Below are positions 9,698-18,998 of a DNA stretch of 64,000 nt, piece by piece (the stretch's first letter is position 1; the number at the start of each line of letters is the position of its first letter). The notes beneath the pieces are model-generated. The model saw nothing but the letters and a program-made list of their open reading frames with translations, was not told the origin of the DNA and did no database searches. Both the position numbers and the translations under genes were made by a program. Source of the DNA: Desulfosoma sp. (lineage in GTDB: Bacteria > Desulfobacterota > Syntrophobacteria > Syntrophobacterales > DSM-9756); NCBI GenBank assembly GCA_037481835.1, contig JBBFKW010000001.1:171503-235502 (forward strand). Reading direction: 5' to 3'.

Positions 9698-10318
9698 GAT
9701 ATCCCTCCTTCGGCTCAAAAGCCGCCGGGGCAGCTCCTTGGAAACCAGACCCGACAAAAGCGCCATGCCGGTGAGCAAATCAGCCTTCTCCCCGCGCTCC
9801 AGCCTCGCCTCGCTCAACACTCGCTCCGCCTCGTCAAAAACCTCCACCCCTCCCTTCATCAGCCCCACAAACGGCAAAAGGCACGGATCGCCCAAACCCA
9901 TGACCTCCCGAGCGTCCAAAGCCCCCACCGAAATCACCCGAAACGCATACCGCAGCCCGCCGTCCTCAAAAACTTCCTCCACAGCCCCACTCGGCGTCAG
10001 CAACAACACGGCCGGAAGCACCGAAAGGCCCGTCTTCATCCGATACCGAGCATCATATTCCAAAAGCCGAAGCGCCACATCCGGCACCCACCGGCTCTGC
10101 ACCTCCAAAAGCACCACAAAAGTGCGCCCGTCCGCCGTGCGCACCCGCACCGGAAAATCACTCCGCCTCAACGAGGCCGTCTCCTGGGGCAACTCCAAAA
10201 TCTCCGACTCCTCCACCCGAAGCCCCAGAAAATACTCCAGCGCCGCCTTCCGGCACCGGCTCAAAATCACCTTCACCGCCGCATCGTAGCTTCCCATGAG
10301 CCCTTGCTCGATTCTCAT
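9455..10318 (-). CDS. Rpn/YhgA-like PD-(D/E)XK nuclease family protein, copy B
   Basis: Near-identical to its neighbours; ATGA overlap with copy A. Confidence 0.75.
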   Translation of the reverse strand: MRIEQGLMGSYDAAVKVILSRCRKAALEYFLGLRVEESEILELPQETASLRRSDFPVRVRTADGRTFVVLLEVQSRWVPDVALRLLEYDARYRMKTGLSVLPAVLLLTPSGAVEEVFEDGGLRYAFRVISVGALDAREVMGLGDPCLLPFVGLMKGGVEVFDEAERVLSEARLERGEKADLLTGMALLSGLVSKELPRRLLSRRRDIMMESAGYELIKKEGYDEGLRHGMLAEAREMVLEALSERFTLVPRDVEERIMEVESRRHLKELHRQALRVRSLEEFRDLLG

Positions 10319-10557
10319 CCCAATAAGTCTCGAAATTCCTCCAGGCTTCGGACCCGCAGAGCATGCCTGAGAAGTTCCTTAAGGTGCCGGCGGGATTCCA
10401 CTTCCATGATCCGCTCTTCCACATCCCGCGGAACCAACGTGAACCGCTCCGACAAGGCCTCCAGCACCATCTCGCGGGCTTCCGCCAACATGCCATGCCG
10501 CAGCCCCTCGTCGTAGCCTTCTTTCTTGATGAGTTCGTAACCCGCAGACTCCATCAT
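10315..10557 (-). CDS. Putative in-frame intragenic small protein (80 aa, Rpn antitoxin-like), copy A
   Basis: AAGGAGG (10570-10564) followed by 6 nt and ATGATG, in frame inside the Rpn gene. Confidence 0.55.
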   Translation of the reverse strand: MMESAGYELIKKEGYDEGLRHGMLAEAREMVLEALSERFTLVPRDVEERIMEVESRRHLKELLRHALRVRSLEEFRDLLG

Positions 10558-11157
10558 GATATCCCTCCTTCGGCTCAAAAGCCGCCGGGGCAGCTCCTTG
10601 GAAACCAGACCCGACAAAAGCGCCATGCCGGTGAGCAAATCAGCCTTCTCCCCGCGCTCCAGCCTCGCCTCGCTCAACACTCGCTCCGCCTCGTCAAAAA
10701 CCTCCACCCCTCCCTTCATCAGCCCCACAAACGGCAAAAGGCACGGATCGCCCAAACCCATGACCTCCCGAGCGTCCAAAGCCCCCACCGAAATCACCCG
10801 AAACGCATACCGCAGCCCGCCGTCCTCAAAAACTTCCTCCACAGCCCCACTCGGCGTCAGCAACAACACGGCCGGAAGCACCGAAAGGCCCGTCTTCATC
10901 CGATACCGAGCATCATATTCCAAAAGCCGAAGCGCCACATCCGGCACCCACCGGCTCTGCACCTCCAAAAGCACCACAAAAGTGCGCCCGTCCGCCGTGC
11001 GCACCCGCACCGGAAAATCACTCCGCCTCAACGAGGCCGTCTCCTGGGGCAACTCCAAAATCTCCGACTCCTCCACCCGAAGCCCCAGAAAATACTCCAG
11101 CGCCGCCTTCCGGCACCGGCTCAAAATCACCTTCACCGCCGCATCGTAGCTTGCCAT
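10315..11157 (-). CDS. Rpn/YhgA-like PD-(D/E)XK nuclease family protein, copy A
   Basis: MASYDAAVK start with GGAG RBS; same motifs as copies B and C. Confidence 0.75.
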   Translation of the reverse strand: MASYDAAVKVILSRCRKAALEYFLGLRVEESEILELPQETASLRRSDFPVRVRTADGRTFVVLLEVQSRWVPDVALRLLEYDARYRMKTGLSVLPAVLLLTPSGAVEEVFEDGGLRYAFRVISVGALDAREVMGLGDPCLLPFVGLMKGGVEVFDEAERVLSEARLERGEKADLLTGMALLSGLVSKELPRRLLSRRRDIMMESAGYELIKKEGYDEGLRHGMLAEAREMVLEALSERFTLVPRDVEERIMEVESRRHLKELLRHALRVRSLEEFRDLLG

Positions 11158-11330
11158 GATATTCTCCGAAGTCCGCTCAATTTTATTTCTGTGTATCATA
11201 CCGACAGCGGGGAACAAATACGAAGAACGGCTGCGAGGATGTGTCAAGACTCTTGCCGCTTTAGGACCAGCTCCCGGCCGGGAAGCTGGAATCCCAAGGA
11301 GCCGGAGGGAGGCCCGCTTGGGCGAGTTCA

Positions 11331-11362
11331 GTTGGGGTTCGCTTCGCTCACCCCAACCTACG
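11331..11362 (-). repeat. GTAG-type REP-like palindrome, copy 1
   Basis: Minus strand reads CGTAGGTTGGGGTGAGCGAAGCGAACCCCAAC; second copy at 34075. Confidence 0.7.
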
Positions 11363-11418
11363 AATTTACTGCAGGATTCCCAAAAGCGAGATGGTGGTTC
11401 AAGCCGGCTTGCGACCGT

Positions 11419-11862
11419 TTATAGGCTGAGGAGGGTGAGGCCGCTGGCGGGGTCTTTTTTCCGGGCGGCCGTGCTTCCCAGGATCTCCAGGAGGATCACT
11501 TCCCCCACCAGCCATACCGTGACGCCAGCCCGGGTGCAGCCCACGGAAGCGCCCCCTTCACGACCCAAAGCGCCGTGCATGTGGAGCACGGGATTTCCCT
11601 GCTCGTCGGGAAACACGGTGCCCACAGCCAGAATCTCTTGAATTCCCGTAAGGGTGTGGACCAACGGGATGATCTCCGTGCCGCGTCCCGCTTCAGGGCC
11701 GACGACAATGCGGCTGCCGTCGTCAACCCCACCTAAAAGGATGGCCATGGCCCGCGACACCCCCTTTTCCCGGGCAAAGTTTTCGATCACGTCCGGAATG
11801 CGCTCCCCTTCTTCCAGCCGCAACACAAACACGCGACCGATCCGCCCTTCATCGTAACGCAT
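11419..11862 (-). CDS. PPC/DUF296 domain protein
   Basis: VFVLRLEEGE, GTVFPDEQGNPVLHMHGALGR, VGEVIL; GGAGG RBS. Confidence 0.8.
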   Translation of the reverse strand: MRYDEGRIGRVFVLRLEEGERIPDVIENFAREKGVSRAMAILLGGVDDGSRIVVGPEAGRGTEIIPLVHTLTGIQEILAVGTVFPDEQGNPVLHMHGALGREGGASVGCTRAGVTVWLVGEVILLEILGSTAARKKDPASGLTLLSL

Positions 11863-11932
11863 CCTCACCTCCCTGTCGCTTTCCGCCCAGCTCAGTTTAA
11901 GAATTTTCCTCGTGGAACCCTATTCCGCGCCG

Positions 11933-13066
11933 TTAACACAGAAGATGTCGGTTGGCCAGGCGCACCCGCCGCAATCCGGCCCGCTGGGCCGCATCCAGGC
12001 ACGCTTCTGCCTCCTGCCGCGATGTGGTGGGAAAATCGTTCAGCACAAATTGCGGGGCAAAGCCCAATAGGGCATAGGGGATATCCGGATTGAGTTCCGC
12101 TATGAATCGCGCGATGCGCGACACTTCTTCTTCGCCCACATAGCCCGGCACAAGGAGCGTGCTGGCGATGAGCAATGGCGGATCGGGCCTCATGGAAAAA
12201 TATTGGGCCAGCTGCGCGAAGTTTTCCAGAACCTGGCGATTGTCCGTGCCGCATAGGGCCCGGTGGATATGCGGGTCCCAGGCCTTGAGATCCACCTTGA
12301 CACACCCGCCGGATTCCAAGGACAGCTGGACCATGGGGCGGAGCCAGCTGGGATGCATGCTCCCGTTGGTTTCCCAGCACACACGCAGCACGCCCCCCGA
12401 CCGGTTCTTCATCGCCTCCCGGGAAAAGCGCAGCGCAAAGGGCAACTGCGGCACGGGATCTCCGCCGAAAAAGCAAATGCAGGAAGTTCGATCCGTCACC
12501 GCGGGGAGCATCTCATCCACGGTCAGCCAGGGTTTTTCGTGCGCCGGCGTGCGCTTGAACGTCCAGTTCTGGCAATAGAGGCAGTTGAAATTGCACGCTT
12601 CGAAAAAGACCGCCAGGTTGTACCAACCCACTTCCGGGCCTTTGGTCATGCTGTATCTCGGATAGCCGACGCCCGTGCCGCCCGCGCACACCCAGTCGGC
12701 GACACAATTGGTGGGGATGGGATCGTGGTAGTAAGAGACCAGGGCGCGAAGCCGCCCGTCGAGACGCAAACTTTCCATATCCCCGGTGCGAATGCCGCAA
12801 TAGCCCGGTTCCCCGGCTTCCATGCGACACCGATGATGGCACAAGCTGCATTCCGCCCCGATCCGGGCCTTTGGGGCTTTCTCGGGCAAGAGAAAACGGG
12901 TCCGGGATTTTCGGTGCACCGCGTCCACCAAAGGTTCGGCACGGCCCCACTCATGGACCAGGCATCGAGCGCACACGCCGATTCCCGATCCTAGGCCGTC
13001 GATTTCGGCGCCGCAGACACCGCAGCGAAACCCTCGCCCTCTCCCGGTCAGCCAATGAAGCCCCAC
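11933..13066 (-). CDS. Radical SAM protein (AmmeMemoRadiSam / PflA-activase-like)
   Basis: CNFNCLYCQNW, FFGGDP, WETNG, KVDLKA; extra N-terminal CxxC pairs. Confidence 0.8.
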   Translation of the reverse strand: MGLHWLTGRGRGFRCGVCGAEIDGLGSGIGVCARCLVHEWGRAEPLVDAVHRKSRTRFLLPEKAPKARIGAECSLCHHRCRMEAGEPGYCGIRTGDMESLRLDGRLRALVSYYHDPIPTNCVADWVCAGGTGVGYPRYSMTKGPEVGWYNLAVFFEACNFNCLYCQNWTFKRTPAHEKPWLTVDEMLPAVTDRTSCICFFGGDPVPQLPFALRFSREAMKNRSGGVLRVCWETNGSMHPSWLRPMVQLSLESGGCVKVDLKAWDPHIHRALCGTDNRQVLENFAQLAQYFSMRPDPPLLIASTLLVPGYVGEEEVSRIARFIAELNPDIPYALLGFAPQFVLNDFPTTSRQEAEACLDAAQRAGLRRVRLANRHLLC

Positions 13067-13172
13067 GGCCCCTCCCTCATCCCTCGATGTTACGCGGTCT
13101 TTTTTGGGAGTCTAGCCCATGAGGGAAAACACCGACAAGCCCGCTCCAGCCTTTTGTGCCCTGCACACGGCT

Positions 13173-14273
13173 TCAGCAGATCCGGGGCAGAGGTTCCCCG
13201 CGCAGCATATCCACAATGCGGTGCCCGCCGATACGCGTCTTCAGCACGACGCGGCCGGGATCATCGGGGATCACTTCCCCGATGAGGGCCGCTTCCCGCC
13301 CCAGGGGATGTCCCCGCATGACCTCCAACGCCCTATCCGTGTCTTCCCGGGGAAGCACCACCAGAACCTTGCCCTCGTTGGCCATGTAGAGCGGCTCCAG
13401 TCCCAGGATTTCGCACGCCCCCGCCACATCGGGTCGGATCGGCAGGTTTTCTTCGAAAAGCCGAATGCCCACCCGCGACTGGCGCGCGATTTCGTTGAGG
13501 GTCGTCGCCACGCCGCCTCGAGTGGGATCGCGGAACACATGGATGCGGGGACACGCCTCCAGAAGCGCCGCCGTCAGAGTATGGAGCGGTGCGGAATCGC
13601 TTCGGATGTCCCCTCCCATGGAAAGCCCTTCGCGCGTGCACAAAACGGCTGTGCCATGGTCGCCGATGGTTCCGTTGATCAGCACCGCATCGCCGGGTCT
13701 CGCATTTTGCCCGCCCACCGAAACGCCAGGAGGAACGATCCCCACGCCCGCCATATTGATGAAGATCTTGTCCGCCTTCCCCCGAGGAACCACTTTGGTG
13801 TCCCCAGCCACGACGGCCACATCGGCCTCACGGGCCGCTTCGGCCATAGAGCGGACGATGATTCCCAAAAGCGCCATCTCCAACCCTTCTTCCAGGATGA
13901 AGCCGGCCGTGAGGTACAAAGGCCGGGCGCCGCTCATGGCCAGGTCATTGATCGTCCCATGCACGGCCAGAGACCCGATGTCGCCACCGGGGAAAATCAG
14001 GGGATCCACCACGTAAGAATCGGTGGTGAGCGCCAGGCGCGGCCCGGGAAGATCCATAACGGCGCTGTCGTTCATGGCTTCGAGAAATGGGTTCTGAAAA
14101 AGCGGCGCAAACACTTGATGGATGAGTTCATGAGTCGCCCGCCCTCCGCTGCCGTGATCCAACAGCACCTTTGTTTCCTTCACGTGTTCGACCCTTTCCG
14201 TGCCTTTGCGGTCCGCTTGTTCGCTTCCCCCCGTGAGCCCCATGGGATTGGGATTCGCTTCAGCGGCCGTCAT
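13173..14273 (-). CDS. hypE: Hydrogenase maturation protein HypE (true start may be GTG 14183)
   Basis: HGSGG, TTDSYVVDPLIFPGGDIG, GDTKVV, RDPTRGG, C-terminal PRIC. Confidence 0.95.
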   Translation of the reverse strand: MTAAEANPNPMGLTGGSEQADRKGTERVEHVKETKVLLDHGSGGRATHELIHQVFAPLFQNPFLEAMNDSAVMDLPGPRLALTTDSYVVDPLIFPGGDIGSLAVHGTINDLAMSGARPLYLTAGFILEEGLEMALLGIIVRSMAEAAREADVAVVAGDTKVVPRGKADKIFINMAGVGIVPPGVSVGGQNARPGDAVLINGTIGDHGTAVLCTREGLSMGGDIRSDSAPLHTLTAALLEACPRIHVFRDPTRGGVATTLNEIARQSRVGIRLFEENLPIRPDVAGACEILGLEPLYMANEGKVLVVLPREDTDRALEVMRGHPLGREAALIGEVIPDDPGRVVLKTRIGGHRIVDMLRGEPLPRIC

Positions 14274-14703
14274 GCAAGGTTTTACGCGGCAAGGCTTCCT
14301 GCTGCCCTCTTTTCATCAGGTAATAAGCAATGGCCAACCCCAAGGTGATGGCCGCCAACCCGATGATGCTCAAAGGAGTCTCTTTCTTGATGTCGAGGAT
14401 GATGATTTTACGGGCTACGGCGATGATGGCCACATTGAGAACCACCTCGAAGTGAGGCTGCTGCGGCGTGGCATACGTCTTGATCACGGTTTCTAAAAGC
14501 TCCAGGCCGATGAGCACGAGCAGAAACTGGCTGAAAAGTTCGAGGAGTTCGTCCACACTGAGCAGGAAATACGGCGGTGAGGAAAAGTCCACCCACAGCA
14601 GCCATGCAAGGTCCACGATGGTTGCCGTCAAGACAACGGCCATCATGACCATGAGCACCTGAAGGGCGATCCCTTCGAATCTTTGAATGATTCTGCTCAG
14701 CAT
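14260..14703 (-). CDS. PsiE-family (phosphate-starvation-inducible) membrane protein
   Basis: Four hydrophobic segments, LIGLELLETV, AIIAVARKIIILD. Confidence 0.75.
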   Translation of the reverse strand: MLSRIIQRFEGIALQVLMVMMAVVLTATIVDLAWLLWVDFSSPPYFLLSVDELLELFSQFLLVLIGLELLETVIKTYATPQQPHFEVVLNVAIIAVARKIIILDIKKETPLSIIGLAAITLGLAIAYYLMKRGQQEALPRKTLHDGR

Positions 14704-14721
14704 GGGGGCCTTTCGGAATCT

Positions 14722-15849
14722 CTAGTATTTCTCCTCAATGTCCAGGTCGGGGCCATCGTAATGGTATTTGAAGTACGCGCCGCAGGTTCCTTCACTGGAA
14801 ACCATACACGGTCCTTTGGGACTTTGCGGGGTGCAGACCTTTCGAAACAGCGGACACCCCGTCGGACGCAGTGCCCCTCGGAGCACATCGCCGCAGCGGC
14901 ATGCCGGATCTTCCCGAACGCTGAGGCTCGGCACCGAAAACCGCTTGGCGGCGTCGAAACGGGCCCACTCGTCCCGAATCGCCAAGCCCGATCCGGCAAT
15001 GAGCCCCAAACCCCGCCAGACGGCGTCGGCCGGCTGAAACACCCGGGCCATGAGCTCCTGCGCGGCGGGGTTGCCGTCCCACGTGACTCCGCGCCGATAT
15101 TGAATTTCGACGCGGGCCTCGCGGGAGGCGCGCTGTTGGGCAAGCATGAGCAGCCCCTGCAGAATGTCCAGGGGTTCAAATCCCGTGACCACGCACGGCA
15201 TGTGATAGCGGTGCGCCACAGTCTCATAGGCTTTGGCGCCGATGACCGTGGTCACATGGCCGGGACACAGAAACCCGTCCAGATGGAGCTCCCCCGATGA
15301 CAGAAGTGCCTCCATAGCAGGGGGAAGAACCTTATGGACACAAAAAACCGAAAAATTATCGAGGCCCAACCGATTTGCCAAGGTGATCGCCGCAGCCACT
15401 GTGGGGGCGGTGGTTTCAAAGCCGATGCCGATGAAGACCACATGGCGATCGGGATGTTCCCGAGCCAGATCCACGGCGTCGGTGGCGCTGTAAACCATGC
15501 GTACATCGGCCCCTCGAGCCCTTTCCTCCGCCAACGACGTGCGTGAGCCCGGAACGCGGAGCAAATCGCCGAAGGTGGCCGTCACGACCCCGGGCTGCGA
15601 GGCAAACCAGACGGCTTTGTCGATATCTTCCGTGGCGGTCACACACACGGGACATCCGGGGCCGCTCACGAGCTCCACCGTAGATGGCAGAAGGGGGCGC
15701 AGGCCCGAGCGAAAGACGGCTACCGTGTGCGTTCCGCAAATTTCCATAAACCGCATGGGCCCCAGGCCGGCGCAGCGCTTCTTGAGCTGCGCGAGAAGCT
15801 GTCGCGCCAATGCGCCGTCCCGATATTCGTCGACGTATTTCAAGGCCAT
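14722..15849 (-). CDS. hypD: Hydrogenase maturation protein HypD
   Basis: MEICGTHT, GPGCPVC, GFETT, PGHV, GPCMVSSEGTC. Confidence 0.97.
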   Translation of the reverse strand: MALKYVDEYRDGALARQLLAQLKKRCAGLGPMRFMEICGTHTVAVFRSGLRPLLPSTVELVSGPGCPVCVTATEDIDKAVWFASQPGVVTATFGDLLRVPGSRTSLAEERARGADVRMVYSATDAVDLAREHPDRHVVFIGIGFETTAPTVAAAITLANRLGLDNFSVFCVHKVLPPAMEALLSSGELHLDGFLCPGHVTTVIGAKAYETVAHRYHMPCVVTGFEPLDILQGLLMLAQQRASREARVEIQYRRGVTWDGNPAAQELMARVFQPADAVWRGLGLIAGSGLAIRDEWARFDAAKRFSVPSLSVREDPACRCGDVLRGALRPTGCPLFRKVCTPQSPKGPCMVSSEGTCGAYFKYHYDGPDLDIEEKY

Positions 15850-15944
15850 CCATTCCCCCGTTCGTGATCTTTAAAGACCGGCATCGCACCCGATAGGAAT
15901 CGTCCGCGGGCGTCCGGATCCCCCCGGCCACGGTCCCGCGGCAT

Positions 15945-18374
15945 TCAAAGGGCGGAGCCGATCCCCTCGAGGACGCATCGGCCGACGTAGGCTTGCCCCA
16001 AGGAAATGCACGCATCGTTCGGCGGCACCTTTTCGTGGGTCAAAACGGTCCATCCCGCGTTTTTCAATAGGCTCACGAGAGCCGTGCTCACATAGATATT
16101 CTGAAACACCCCTCCGCTCAAAGCCACGGTCCGGAGGCCCGTTTCCTCCCTCAGTCTGTCCAAGAGGCGCCCCACCGCTTGGATGATGCCGTTATGAAAG
16201 CGGCACGCCGCAATTCCGGGAAGGCAGCCCCGCATGAGATCGTCGGCCGCCTCGGCCACCAAGGATCGGCTGTCCACCACCCAAAGGTCCCCGTCTTTGG
16301 CAAATTCGGCACCGTAAGCGCCCCGGTCTTGGCGTATGGATTGCTCCAATTCGATGGCGGCTTGGCCTTCGTAATGGATCCGATCCCGAAGCCCACACAG
16401 AGAAGCCATAACATCAAAAAGTCGTCCGCACGAGGAGGTCTGCGGCGTATGGATTCCTCGGGAAAGCATTTCGAGCACCCCGCGGCGCTCCCTTTCAGGC
16501 CAGCGGCTTGTAAAGCAGCCGTAGCGTTCTTCCACCCGCTCCCCCGCAAGCAGCCACAGGGCGGCCAAGGCCGTGCGCCACGGTTCCTTGACAGCCCGGT
16601 CCCCTCCGGGCAGGGGCACATGGGAAAATCGCCCCAGCCGGCGGCACACCGCCCCGTCCACATAGAGAAATTCGCCACCCCAGACGGTCCCATCGCCTCC
16701 ATAACCCGTGCCATCCAAGGCCACGCCCAGAATCGGGCCGTCCACCTGCCTTTCGGCCGCTACCGAAGCGATGTGGGCGTGGTGGTGCTGCACTCCGATC
16801 CGGTACATGGAAGAACCCCCGCCGGGAATGTCGATGTCCCTTCCGCTCTCGTCCCCCTCCCGCTCGGGAAGCGGCTCCGCATGGGCCTCAGCCCACTGGG
16901 TGCTGAGATAGTCGGGATGAAGGTCATGGACAATCAAGGTGGGCCGGACGTCCAAGATTCTTTGGAGGTGCTCGATGGTTTTTTCAAACGCGCGCAGGGT
17001 CTCCATGTTTTCCAGATCGCCGATGTGCTGGCTGACAAAGGCGTCCCGGCCCCGGGTGAGGCACACGGTGTTTTTGAGTTCGGCGCCTGTTCCTAGAACC
17101 ACGGAGCCCGCACGAGCGAGTCGCACCGGCACAGGGACGTAACCCCTGGCGCGACGTACGGGCATGACCCCGCCGGGCAGGATACGGGTCACGGAATCAT
17201 CGCAGCGGATGTAGATGTCGCGGTTGTGCATGAGGAAAAAATCGGCGATGCCGGAAAGGCGGTCCCGCGCTTCCTCGTTTTCCGTAACGATGGGTTCATC
17301 GCTTCGGTTGCCGCTGGTCATCACGAGGGCAGGATAGGCGCAGTCTTGAAAAAGCAGCACATGGAGCGGCGTATAGGGAAGAAAAACCCCAAGAAAGGCG
17401 TTCCGAGGAGCAACGGAGGGCGCTATGGGCGAAACCGACGGGGGAAGTCGGCTTCGTTTTCGGAGCAGGACGATGGGCCGTTCCTTCGAAAGGATGAGGC
17501 CCTCTTCTTCAGGGCTCGCATGGCATACGGCCCTCACCGCTTCCATGTCTCGAAACATGACGGCGAAAGGCTTTTCTTCCCGAATCTTTCGACGCCGCAA
17601 CCGAGAAACCGCGTCCTCGTCCGTCGCCAAAGCGGCCAAATGAAACCCGCCGAGCCCCTTCACGGCGACAATGCGGCCCTCGTGCAGACACCGGACCGCT
17701 TCCCGCACGGCATCGTCCCGCTCGGCAAGGATCCGGCCTCGAGCGTCTTCCAACCACACGCGGGGCCCGCATGCGGGGCAGGCGTTGGGTTGGGCATGGA
17801 AACGCCGGTTCGTCGGGTCTTCGTATTCGGCCCGGCACTCCGCGCACATGGGAAAACAAGCCATGGTCGTCTTGTTTCGATCATAAGGGATGTCTCGGAT
17901 GATGGTGTAGCGAGGCCCGCAGTTGGTGCAGTTGATGAAAGGATAACGATAGCGCCTGTCTTCGGGATCCAGGAGTTCCCGCATGCAGTCGGCACAGACG
18001 GCCGTATCCGGCGAGATGAGTGCCGTCCGGTGATGTGAGGCATCGCTTGGGATGATGCGAAAACCCGAAAGGCCTTGGCAGGGTTTGTCGAAAACCGCAA
18101 TGGAACTGATGCGGGCCAGGGGCGGAGCTTCACGGCGCAGGGTTTCCAGAAAGCCTTCCACCGCCCCGGAGGGTCCTTCCAGCTCCATTTCCACGCCCGT
18201 GGCGTCGTTTCGCACCCAGCCGTTCAGACCCCATCGGCAAGCCGCCTGATAGACGAAAGGGCGAAAGCCCACCCCTTGGACAATTCCTTCCACGCGGATC
18301 CCAACGCGCCGAAGAGCCGCCCCTAGGAAAGGCCTTTGTGCTCCCGAATTCGGGCTTCCAGCCACGCCGTCCAT
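15945..18374 (-). CDS. hypF: Carbamoyltransferase HypF
   Basis: VQGVGFRPF acylphosphatase-like domain, Zn fingers (CTNCGPR, CPACGP), KGLGGFH, HDLHP, QHHHAH, SGGVFQN, PPND. Confidence 0.97.
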   Translation of the reverse strand: MDGVAGSPNSGAQRPFLGAALRRVGIRVEGIVQGVGFRPFVYQAACRWGLNGWVRNDATGVEMELEGPSGAVEGFLETLRREAPPLARISSIAVFDKPCQGLSGFRIIPSDASHHRTALISPDTAVCADCMRELLDPEDRRYRYPFINCTNCGPRYTIIRDIPYDRNKTTMACFPMCAECRAEYEDPTNRRFHAQPNACPACGPRVWLEDARGRILAERDDAVREAVRCLHEGRIVAVKGLGGFHLAALATDEDAVSRLRRRKIREEKPFAVMFRDMEAVRAVCHASPEEEGLILSKERPIVLLRKRSRLPPSVSPIAPSVAPRNAFLGVFLPYTPLHVLLFQDCAYPALVMTSGNRSDEPIVTENEEARDRLSGIADFFLMHNRDIYIRCDDSVTRILPGGVMPVRRARGYVPVPVRLARAGSVVLGTGAELKNTVCLTRGRDAFVSQHIGDLENMETLRAFEKTIEHLQRILDVRPTLIVHDLHPDYLSTQWAEAHAEPLPEREGDESGRDIDIPGGGSSMYRIGVQHHHAHIASVAAERQVDGPILGVALDGTGYGGDGTVWGGEFLYVDGAVCRRLGRFSHVPLPGGDRAVKEPWRTALAALWLLAGERVEERYGCFTSRWPERERRGVLEMLSRGIHTPQTSSCGRLFDVMASLCGLRDRIHYEGQAAIELEQSIRQDRGAYGAEFAKDGDLWVVDSRSLVAEAADDLMRGCLPGIAACRFHNGIIQAVGRLLDRLREETGLRTVALSGGVFQNIYVSTALVSLLKNAGWTVLTHEKVPPNDACISLGQAYVGRCVLEGIGSAL

Positions 18375-18994
18375 GCCTCCAGCCCTTCCCCAGTGCGACA
18401 GGAAATATTGAAAATCTTTTGGGTGGGATTGAGGTGCCTCGCCCGTTCGTGGATGGCATTGACATCGCAGTCCACGTAAGGCAGAAGGTCCACCTTGTTG
18501 ACGAGGAGCACCGACGAGATCTGAAACATGAGGGGGTACTTCAGGGGTTTGTCGTCCCCTTCGGCGACGCTGAGGATCATCACCTTCTCGTGCTCGCCCA
18601 GGTTGAACTCGGCCGGACAGACCAGGTTCCCCACATTTTCAATGACGAGCACGTCCACCGGATCCAGGTCCAAGTTTTCCATGGCCGTGCGGATCATGTT
18701 GCCGTCCAGGTGGCAGGCTCCGTCCGTGTTGATCTGGACCGCCTGTACGCCTTTTCGCTGCAACCTTTCGGCATCGTAGGACGACTGGATGTCCCCCTCA
18801 ATGACGGCCATGGTGTACCGGCCCCGGAGGGCTTCCGCCGTCCGCTCCAGCACGGACGTCTTCCCGGCTCCGGGCGAACTCATGAGGTTGAGGACCAAGA
18901 TCTTTTTTTCGTCGAAAAGCTTTCGGTTTTCCCGCGCCAGCCGCTCGTTGACTTCCAAGATGTTTCGGATCACGGGAACCTTGATCTCCGTCAT
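18323..18994 (-). CDS. hypB: Hydrogenase nickel incorporation GTPase HypB
   Basis: SSPGAGKT, GACHLD, ENVGNLVCPA, EGDDKPLKYP. Confidence 0.97.
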   Translation of the reverse strand: MTEIKVPVIRNILEVNERLARENRKLFDEKKILVLNLMSSPGAGKTSVLERTAEALRGRYTMAVIEGDIQSSYDAERLQRKGVQAVQINTDGACHLDGNMIRTAMENLDLDPVDVLVIENVGNLVCPAEFNLGEHEKVMILSVAEGDDKPLKYPLMFQISSVLLVNKVDLLPYVDCDVNAIHERARHLNPTQKIFNISCRTGEGLEAWTAWLEARIREHKGLS

Positions 18995-18998
18995 TTTG

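Larger units (their letters stand above)
8583..11157. repeat. Tandem triplication with 860-bp period
   Basis: The same sequence recurs at +860 offsets (e.g. ccatcatgatatccctcctt at 8831, 9691, 10551); differences are confined to the gene ends. Confidence 0.95.

Noticed and set aside
8583..11157. Diversity-generating retroelement (variable 3' ends)
   Set aside because: No reverse transcriptase or template repeat in the window; differences involve several base types and an indel rather than an adenine-specific pattern
8583..11157. Tandem IS elements
   Set aside because: No terminal inverted repeats, target-site duplications or DDE/HUH motifs; the units are bare, overlapping ORFs
8514..11424. 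Long + strand ORFs (380, 337 and 353 aa) over the repeat
   Set aside because: Antisense shadows of the Rpn genes with P/H/Q/R-rich composition and no RBS
15850..15944. hypC hidden in the hypF-hypD gap
   Set aside because: Too short and no MC-start reading frame
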